A stretch of DNA of 24,000 bases from an uncultured archaeon. Lineage in GTDB: Archaea; Asgardarchaeota; Heimdallarchaeia; Heimdallarchaeales; Heimdallarchaeaceae. This document shows, one piece after another, positions 17,450 through 24,000 of this stretch. How positions within the stretch are numbered: position 1 is the stretch's first letter; each line of letters starts with the position of its first letter. Made by a program: the position numbers and the translations under genes. The stretch is taken from positions 27,715-51,714 of the forward strand of contig CAZPXJ010000004.1 in NCBI GenBank assembly GCA_964590855.1, written 5' to 3'. Below the pieces are notes generated by a model that was not told the origin of the DNA, ran no database searches, and saw nothing but the letters and a program-made list of their open reading frames with translations.

Positions 17450-18763
17450 ATGGATATTCACGAGAAAGTTCCAATCAACAAAATATTTTCAGAAGAGTTA
17501 GAAGAAGTAACTGTAGCAGGTTGGGTTCAGCAAGTTAGGGACCTTGGAGGATTGAAATTTCTTCAACTGCAAGACAGATCTGGTATCGTTCAAATTGTAT
17601 TGCCAAAGAAGAAAGTTACTCCAGAAATATTCGAAATTGATTATCAAGAAGGAGATATATTGCTAATTAAAGGTTTAATTGTTTCAAATAACAGTGCACC
17701 TAAGGGGTTAGAAATCCTCCCTCAAGATATTCAAGTTCTAAATAAAAGAGCTCAAGAGTATCCTATAGCAATTACTGATAAAATAGAAACTAATCCAGAT
17801 AAAAGATATGATTATCGTTTCTTGGATCTCAGGAACAGAAATGTTGCTCAGATATTTGAGATTGAGAGTACTGTTGCTTATGCGTTGCAAGAGTATTTCA
17901 ATAAGAATGATTTCTTACAATTCTTCTCTTCTAAGATTGTAGGTTCTGCAACTGAAAGTGGAGCAAGTGTTTTTGAAATAGGTTACTTTGACAAAAAGGC
18001 ATACTTGGCCCAATCTCCACAATTCTATAAACAAATGATGTTAATGGCAGGATTTGAACGAGTTTTTGAGATAGGACCGGTTTTCCGAGCAGAAAAACAC
18101 CACACATCTAGACATCTATGTGAATACACCTCTATTGACTTTGAAATATCCTACATTAAGGATCAAGTTGATGTAATGAAGGTACTTCAAGGTGCAGTTG
18201 GATATGCTTTAGACACAATTAAGAAAAACAAATCACAAAGTTTAGAAGAATTAGGAGTTGTGATTGATGACCAACCAAAAGATTGGCCAATAATCTCTAT
18301 TCCTGAATGCAATGAAATTCTAAAGAACGAAGGAAAAGAATTGGGACTTTACGAAGATTTAGATGCTGAAGCAGAGACCATAATGGGTCGCTATGCAAAA
18401 GAAAAATGGAAATCAGACTTCATATTTGTTGATCAGTACCCATGGGAAGTAAGACCATTCTATACAATGAAGGATGAAGAAGACCCTAATTTGACTAAAT
18501 CATTTGACTTACTTTACAAAGGACAAGAGCTTACTACTGGAGGTCAAAGAGAACATAGGGTAGATATTCTGACAAAGCAAGCTACTGAAAAAGATTTTAA
18601 ACTGAAGGATGTAGACAGTTACCTTCAATTCTTCAGAAATGGAGCTTGTCCGCACGGTGGTAGTGGAACAGGTATTGAGCGTCTTGTTCAACAAATGCTT
18701 AACTTAAAGAATATTCGTGAAGCCCGTTTACTTCCTCGAGACCCATCAAGATTACATCCCTAA
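17450..18763 (+). CDS. aspS: Aspartyl-tRNA synthetase, archaeal type
   Basis: VTVAGWVQQVRDLGGLKFLQLQDRSGIVQIV; LAQSPQFYKQMM...FEIGPVFRAEKHHTSRHLCEYTSIDFE; GSGTGIERLVQQMLNLKNIREARLLPRDPSRLHP. Confidence 0.88.
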   Translation: MDIHEKVPINKIFSEELEEVTVAGWVQQVRDLGGLKFLQLQDRSGIVQIVLPKKKVTPEIFEIDYQEGDILLIKGLIVSNNSAPKGLEILPQDIQVLNKRAQEYPIAITDKIETNPDKRYDYRFLDLRNRNVAQIFEIESTVAYALQEYFNKNDFLQFFSSKIVGSATESGASVFEIGYFDKKAYLAQSPQFYKQMMLMAGFERVFEIGPVFRAEKHHTSRHLCEYTSIDFEISYIKDQVDVMKVLQGAVGYALDTIKKNKSQSLEELGVVIDDQPKDWPIISIPECNEILKNEGKELGLYEDLDAEAETIMGRYAKEKWKSDFIFVDQYPWEVRPFYTMKDEEDPNLTKSFDLLYKGQELTTGGQREHRVDILTKQATEKDFKLKDVDSYLQFFRNGACPHGGSGTGIERLVQQMLNLKNIREARLLPRDPSRLHP

Positions 18764-18811
18764 ACTCATAAATCCATCAGAAGAACCAACTTTAAGATAA
18801 GAATTACTTAG

Positions 18812-18905
18812 TGGAGCTAGTCCAAAAGCATTTTTTGGCGAAAGAATGCAATCAAGAAACTAGCTCCAAGAAAGAATAAGGTTGATTTTGTAAAATAATC
18901 TTTCT
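18812..18905. repeat. Nested and adjacent inverted repeats, structured non-coding region
   Basis: TGGAGCTAGT(18812-18821)/ACTAGCTCCA(18859-18868) enclosing GCATTTTTT-GGCG-AAAGAATGC (18828-18849), followed by AGAAAGA(18869-18875)/TCTTTCT(18899-18905). Confidence 0.6.
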
Positions 18906-18986
18906 GTAAAGGAAGGAAGTTTTACTTTCACTAGACTAGTCTATTCTTGCCACGCAAGGCTTTTATTCACAGAAAACCATGTTTGC

Positions 18987-19547
18987 ATGGCGAAAGTTAT
19001 GCAGTCGAAAAAGGTAAAAGTAGACTTACAAGTAAACACCAAGGGAGAGGAAAAGGTTAACAGAATCATCTGGTGTTCAAGAGGAGAACATTGGAATAAA
19101 AGCAACTGGAAAAGAATAGACAAACCATGGACAAGAATAAAAGACGATTCTCTAAAGGAACATTTACTAAACCAACTATGGGAAGAAGTGATGGATTTAG
19201 GGAGAAGGAAAGAACCAGCATCACTAGGATATGCACACAGGTTAGAGAATTGGGAAATAGTTTCTATCATTGGGACAATGACATTTTTCCAATTGAATGA
19301 GTATCATATAGAGCAAACCAAGTTCGACTTATTTTATGCAAGATACAGAGTATTCGATTGGATAGCAACAAATCTACATGGAAGGATGGAAGGATATCCA
19401 GAAGAAGATGAAGGAGAGAGAATAAGGGCAACATGGGTAATGTGTAAATTCGCAGAAATCTACCTAAATCTGGAAGGAGATGTAAAAGCTTTCTCGGAAT
19501 ATCTGAGGTTATGGGACTTAGAGCCAGAATATGAGGAGAGAGAGTAA
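18987..19547 (+). CDS. Hypothetical protein (186 aa), cassette gene 1
   Basis: Complex non-repetitive protein; followed at once by the next gene (stop 19547, ATG 19549). Confidence 0.75.
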   Translation: MAKVMQSKKVKVDLQVNTKGEEKVNRIIWCSRGEHWNKSNWKRIDKPWTRIKDDSLKEHLLNQLWEEVMDLGRRKEPASLGYAHRLENWEIVSIIGTMTFFQLNEYHIEQTKFDLFYARYRVFDWIATNLHGRMEGYPEEDEGERIRATWVMCKFAEIYLNLEGDVKAFSEYLRLWDLEPEYEERE

Positions 19548-19548
19548 A

Positions 19549-20205
19549 ATGAGTTCTGAGAACAAGGAAATCAAACAATGTCCAGACTACTGTGAAAAAA
19601 TAAAACATGAGCAATGTGACTGTCCATTTTGTTTTGAAAGAGAAGAGAAGGAAGAAAAAGAACCTTCCTTCACTATTTCAATAAAATATAAGGAATTTGT
19701 AGAAGAGTGGTTAAAGGAAGAAAAGATAAACCATACAATGGAAGTAGTTGAAGACTATACAAAGAAACTGGTAGAAGAAACTGGAGAAGAATTACTAAAC
19801 TATTTCTATCATAAGATTAAGGATGTATTCATTTTCGAAATATCGAATATTCACCAGTTAGAACTAATAGATAAGACAATAAGGAAAGCAGAGTGTGGAT
19901 ACTGCTCAAAGATATTGATAGTGGATTGGGATAGTTATTCATACGACCACGTAGAGTGTGGAGATTGTACATCACAAGGGAAGGAAGCATTTGTGTGTAA
20001 TGAGTGTGCAAAAACTAATGCTTACATCTGTCCTGTGTGTAAGAAGAAGGAGAACCTGTTCCCACCACCAGAGATGTGGACAGACCATCCAAACCATTGG
20101 AGCGACTGTGTGACTGAGGAAGACGAAGAAGAAAATCTGGAGGAAAGCACCCGTGGAAAGGAGAGAAGAGAGAAAAGAGGGATAAAACCCTCTTCCTCTT
20201 CTTAA
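19549..20205 (+). CDS. Cys-rich probable zinc-binding protein, cassette gene 2
   Basis: CPDYCEKIKHEQCDCPFC near the N-terminus; CGYC...CGDC...CNEC...CPVC in the C-terminal half. ATG at 19549 preferred over 19531. Confidence 0.75.
   Translation: MSSENKEIKQCPDYCEKIKHEQCDCPFCFEREEKEEKEPSFTISIKYKEFVEEWLKEEKINHTMEVVEDYTKKLVEETGEELLNYFYHKIKDVFIFEISNIHQLELIDKTIRKAECGYCSKILIVDWDSYSYDHVECGDCTSQGKEAFVCNECAKTNAYICPVCKKKENLFPPPEMWTDHPNHWSDCVTEEDEEENLEESTRGKERREKRGIKPSSSS
20175..20194 (+). repeat. Hairpin at the 3' end of cassette gene 2
   Basis: AAGAGGG-ATAAAA-CCCTCTT, 7-bp perfect stem followed by a pyrimidine run. Confidence 0.5.
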
Positions 20206-20221
20206 TCTGGAGGAAGGGAAG

Positions 20222-21433
20222 ATGAAAGAACACACACAGAAAAGGATGGATGAATTCTACAAAGATAAAAAAGAACTGAAGGAGATAGAACAGAAGAAGG
20301 GATTGAAGAAATACAAAGTGATAGACATAAGATTGAAGGGAACAAACAAGACAGAGAAAGTAAATCATGAGGGAAAGGAACATGGAAGGATGCAAGTACT
20401 GAAAGGCAATTGTATAGATCCAGTGAGAGGATGTCCAAGTTATGCTAACCCAGAGAAACCTATGTGTCCATGGGATTGTTACTCGGAAGAAGCAGTAAGG
20501 AGATACAAGATAGATTTTGGCAAACCAATATCAATGAAACTCAAAGAAAGACTGTTAGTAAAAGACATGATAGGAACTCAATCGGATTGGATAAGGATAG
20601 GAGTAGACGGAGCACCATCATGGAATTGGGAATTAACAGTAAGATGTGCAGAGTTAGTAAATCTGGTACAGAAAGTTCCAGTGATAATAACGAGGATGTG
20701 GAGAACAATAACGATGAAGCAGTTACAGAGGCTGATAGATATAGGAACGATAATACATATAACAGTCTCAGCAGCAGACAGAGAAGAGATACTAGAAAGG
20801 AACCTAGAGATAGCTAAGGATATCAACATAATGGGAGGAAAAGTAGTATTGAGAATAGTAACATTTGCTTACAGACCCGGGGACTGCAGAGAGAAAAAAC
20901 AAGAGAAAATGATGTATCAAGAAGAGATACCAGTACTAGAACAACCAGGGAGATTGATGAGGGTAACAGAGAATACTAAGAGGAAAAATTCCCTTTGGGT
21001 TGAAATAGTCCATATAGCTGGAGGTGGTGGTTCTCCAGAAAGATACTACTTGAGAGAATTACATAAAAATCTCCCAAAAAACAAGGTTAGAACATTTTAT
21101 AGTAGAAACAAGGAAATGATGTGTTCCTGTTCATCATGTGCAAAAATCAAAGAAAAAAATGGGATCAGAATTAAATCTGTTGCAGATATCAGTAGATTCT
21201 TCGATGAGATTGACTATATGTATGATTCAAGAGAACATTTCGTGAACTCACACTCAGATGAAAGAGAACAAATACAAAAAGAGAATGTAGATATGATAGT
21301 TAAGAGATTAGAAGCAGAAGAAAGAAATGCAGAGAGATTGAATATAGCACACAACTTGGGAGAGGATATAAGTTTCTACAAGAAATGGAGAGCTAGTTTA
21401 GAGGGACTATCTCACAAAAGAAAAGAAAGTTGA
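20222..21433 (+). CDS. Putative radical-SAM-like protein with non-canonical cysteine arrangement, cassette gene 3
   Basis: GNCIDPVRGCPSYANPEKPMCPWDCYSEEAVRRY...DWIRIGVDGAPSWNWELTVRCAELVNLVQKVPVIITRMWRTITMKQLQRLIDIGTIIHITVSAAD resembles TIM-barrel radical SAM proteins; C-terminal MMCSCSSC. Preceded by GGAGG. Confidence 0.5.
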   Translation: MKEHTQKRMDEFYKDKKELKEIEQKKGLKKYKVIDIRLKGTNKTEKVNHEGKEHGRMQVLKGNCIDPVRGCPSYANPEKPMCPWDCYSEEAVRRYKIDFGKPISMKLKERLLVKDMIGTQSDWIRIGVDGAPSWNWELTVRCAELVNLVQKVPVIITRMWRTITMKQLQRLIDIGTIIHITVSAADREEILERNLEIAKDINIMGGKVVLRIVTFAYRPGDCREKKQEKMMYQEEIPVLEQPGRLMRVTENTKRKNSLWVEIVHIAGGGGSPERYYLRELHKNLPKNKVRTFYSRNKEMMCSCSSCAKIKEKNGIRIKSVADISRFFDEIDYMYDSREHFVNSHSDEREQIQKENVDMIVKRLEAEERNAERLNIAHNLGEDISFYKKWRASLEGLSHKRKES

Positions 21434-21442
21434 TTAAGAAAA

Positions 21443-23527
21443 TCATACTGTTCCGTTTCTGTTTCTATGTCTTTTTAGTGTTATGACAATGAACGGTATT
21501 ACAAGTACTAATGAGAAAAAGGAATAGTAGAAATTATTACCTTTCTCTAGTGGGTTCTTCTTTAAAGGATACAGATCATACGAGTTTGCTGAACCATCTA
21601 TACTATAGTTTCCTGTTCCTTGATAATTGTCCCAAAAATTCCCTTCTTCTTCCTCTATCTGGTACCAAGTATTATTGGTACCATCATCCAATGCCTGTAT
21701 ATTTCCATTATTATTATCTATAAATGCATTATGATGAACTATGTTTCTTGTTGACTGATAACCAAGAATAACTGCATAGTTTGAATTTGTCTCAAACCAA
21801 TTATAACTGATTTCACTATCTAAAACCTCGGTGCCCCTGATACCAACAGTATTATCTCTAAAACGGTTCTCATAAATTGTAAAATAATGACTGAATATAA
21901 GAACCACTCCATTTTCATTATCAAATATAGAATTATCTTGAATTCTAACATCAATGGCGGTAGTAGAGTAAATCCCTGCTGAATTATTACCAATATTCGG
22001 ATTAGGATAATGGGATGAGATTACATTGTTTTTTATCAAAATCATACTACCAAAATTCAGATAAACTCCCAATGTATTCCCTGAAAATTCATTGCTTATG
22101 ATGTTACAATGGTCTGAAAAATGAAGCTGCAAACCAAAATGAATGTTATTATGAATTTCATTTTCATTCAAATCAAGATATTCAGATAAGCTTGCGTAAA
22201 TCCCGTACTCATTATTAATAATTTCTGAATTGGTAATAGAACAACCATCGGATTGATCGAATAAAGCTCCATAAGTTGAGATATTGCTTTTACTTGAGGT
22301 TATAGTACAATTATTGCTACCATAAACAAAGAAACCGTAGAGAGTGACATATACATTACAGTTTTGTATTATTGTATAATCACAAAATATGAGCCCTATA
22401 CCCATGCTTGTATCACGAACTGTCATGTTCTGGACGGTTACTTGTAAACATGATACAAGAATCACTTGACCAAAATTCCCTTCAACTATGAAATTTGTAC
22501 CTTTATTTCTAAAAAAACCTAGAAGTTTGTTATTAACAAAATTATCCTCAACTATCCAATTCATGATTTGGGATTTCTCAATTTCTTCAACAGTAAGACC
22601 ACATTTGGTAAAATTATTTCTTGCAATGTAGCATTCATCCGATTTTCTTATATCAAGACCTTTGATGCAATTGTCAACCAAATTACTACTAACATTGATT
22701 TTTGATGAAGAGACTATTTTGATTGCTGCTGCTCCTCTATCAATCTGGTTGTATAGAATGTTACAAGACATTGCATTATCCAAAAATATTCCCACACCAG
22801 ATGAATTTAAGCATAAGTTGCTTAACAAGTCACAGCTCTGCGAATAACTTATACTAGCAAATTGTTCTACATCTGCAATATTGCTTCTTACAACCTTTTG
22901 ATGACTAGAAAAAGCAGAGAACAAAAATGTGCTTGAGTTTGAGCATTGATTAGAATCTATTACATTGTTTGTAGCATCCCGAATAGAGAAACATTCACTG
23001 CTTATGTTTTCAAAACTATTATTCACGAATTGACAATTATCAGTACCCAATCTTGTCATTATTGCAGTTTTAGAATCTGAGAAGAAATTGTCTTCAATTT
23101 GCAAAAAAGTAGAATTTTCTATATATAAGCTGATACCTTGATGAAAATTCATGAATGAGTTATTAGTCAGAATTCCAGTGTTATTGGCAATATTCCTAAG
23201 AAAAACCCCATTTGTACTAGAGTTAAATATACAGTCTTTAATAATGAAGTGACTATTCGTATTCTGGATTCTAATTGCATAAGGGTCATTAGTTGATATC
23301 CATAGGTCTTCTAGTATAAAAGGGTCTGAATATGAACCGTTACCACTAAAACCATATGAAACAAAAGCAGTGTCATTATCAATATAGATAGAATCTGTAA
23401 ATGAAAAAATTTGAGGAGATAGAGTTGCTCTTTTTTCGTGCGGTTGAGCTATTTCACCATTCGAGAAAGGGCTATTTATGATGGAAACCACCAAAATTAT
23501 GCAAAATAATTTGGTAATTCTTTTCAT
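21443..23527 (-). CDS. Secreted/membrane-anchored NosD-like parallel beta-helix protein
   Basis: N-terminal signal (MKRITKLFCIILVVSIINSPFSNG), many beta-helix repeats with N-rich turns, NYWSxY-like EGNFWDNYQGTGNYSIDGSANSYDLYPL, C-terminal TM YYSFFSLVLVIPFIVITLKRHRNR. Confidence 0.85.
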   Translation of the reverse strand: MKRITKLFCIILVVSIINSPFSNGEIAQPHEKRATLSPQIFSFTDSIYIDNDTAFVSYGFSGNGSYSDPFILEDLWISTNDPYAIRIQNTNSHFIIKDCIFNSSTNGVFLRNIANNTGILTNNSFMNFHQGISLYIENSTFLQIEDNFFSDSKTAIMTRLGTDNCQFVNNSFENISSECFSIRDATNNVIDSNQCSNSSTFLFSAFSSHQKVVRSNIADVEQFASISYSQSCDLLSNLCLNSSGVGIFLDNAMSCNILYNQIDRGAAAIKIVSSSKINVSSNLVDNCIKGLDIRKSDECYIARNNFTKCGLTVEEIEKSQIMNWIVEDNFVNNKLLGFFRNKGTNFIVEGNFGQVILVSCLQVTVQNMTVRDTSMGIGLIFCDYTIIQNCNVYVTLYGFFVYGSNNCTITSSKSNISTYGALFDQSDGCSITNSEIINNEYGIYASLSEYLDLNENEIHNNIHFGLQLHFSDHCNIISNEFSGNTLGVYLNFGSMILIKNNVISSHYPNPNIGNNSAGIYSTTAIDVRIQDNSIFDNENGVVLIFSHYFTIYENRFRDNTVGIRGTEVLDSEISYNWFETNSNYAVILGYQSTRNIVHHNAFIDNNNGNIQALDDGTNNTWYQIEEEEGNFWDNYQGTGNYSIDGSANSYDLYPLKKNPLEKGNNFYYSFFSLVLVIPFIVITLKRHRNRNGTV

Positions 23528-23565
23528 ATAATCTAATCTCCTCTTTTATTAAGAATGTATTGATT

Positions 23566-23823
23566 TCAACTGTTGTAGTTATCTAAATCGAAACTACCAC
23601 CAAAACCATTGTGTTTTTCGGGCGAGGTGTCGGGATTATAATGATCCGGAGGTGTTTGTTCTAAGGCTTTAGATCTATACTCATCATGTGCTTCCGAAAA
23701 TATATCGTCAAATGAAGTGGATATTGAATAGCTATAATAAGAGAACCAAGCATGTTCAAGAAAGCAATAAGTCCAACAACCGTTGAAGTTTCCTTCATCT
23801 TCATAAGCTATCTCATCTGACAT
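23566..23823 (-). CDS. Small hypothetical protein (85 aa) just upstream of the NosD-like gene
   Basis: ATG at 23823 (MSDEIAYEDEGNFNGCWTYCFLEHAWFSYYSYS...); same strand, 38 bp before the NosD-like start. Confidence 0.5.
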   Translation of the reverse strand: MSDEIAYEDEGNFNGCWTYCFLEHAWFSYYSYSISTSFDDIFSEAHDEYRSKALEQTPPDHYNPDTSPEKHNGFGGSFDLDNYNS

Positions 23824-24000
23824 TGTCCACAATTGTGTAACGTTCTATAATTACAGAACAATCTTTTTATATCTTATGAAGAATAGCAAATAGGAAAAAT
23901 TAGATAAAGTTACTTCCCATGTAATAAGACTGTAAAAGATTTTGAAGGATACTGTTGAGTGGTTGTATGTTGTCGGCTGTTGGAATAAAGAAGACATATC

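Noticed and set aside
19267-20438. Minus-strand ORFs 19267-19614, 20015-20395 and 20202-20438
   Set aside because: Hydrophobic Leu/Phe/Ser-rich translations opposite purine-rich plus-strand genes; expected composition artefact.
20464-20817. 117-aa plus-strand ORF in a second frame of cassette gene 3
   Set aside because: Out-of-frame reading of a purine-rich gene, Arg/Asn/Ser rich; the 403-aa frame is far more protein-like.
21443-23527. Repetitive N-rich region considered as possible tandem DNA repeats or CRISPR
   Set aside because: Repeats are degenerate at DNA level and explained by beta-helix protein turns; no regularly spaced identical repeats.
23851-24000. Minus-strand open frame reaching the window edge (...SSLFQQPTTYNHSTVSFKIFYSLITWEV...KKIVL*)
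   Set aside because: Only about 49 codons visible, no recognisable motif; cannot be judged without flanking sequence.

Overview
This 24 kb AT-rich window is archaeal. It is mostly housekeeping DNA, with one small accessory cassette near 19-21.4 kb. Minus strand, about 1-5.62 kb: an uS17-uL14-uL24-eS4-uL5-uS14-uS8-uL6-eL32-eL19-uL18 ribosomal operon. This includes a 55-aa uS14 that the supplied ORF track missed, and uL18 runs off the window start. Plus strand: valS, then uL22-uS3-uL29-rnp1 and a Hef-like helicase/nuclease, so the canonical r-protein cluster is split head-to-head around valS. Downstream: a Sjogren/p27 autoantigen-type Zn protein, tRNA-Ile(GAU), a cupin-like protein without the usual metal histidines, aRF1, UMP kinase and an AspRS-type enzyme. 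These are followed by an unexplained three-gene cassette (orphan, Cys-rich protein, radical-SAM-like protein with odd Cys spacing), a NosD-like beta-helix surface protein and a small orphan. Main points for a second look: (1) the 18.99-21.43 kb cassette and the nested inverted repeats in front of it; (2) a hairpin plus T-run with a competing third segment in the valS leader; (3) NIKD instead of NIKS in aRF1 although TAA, TAG and TGA are all used as stops; (4) a 23/24-nt element shared by two r-protein transcription-unit leaders; (5) TTGTAATC dyads before uL22; (6) long acidic C-tails on eL32 and uL24. No CRISPR array, transposase or recognisable defence system was found. All family assignments are from motif recognition by eye; nothing was searched.
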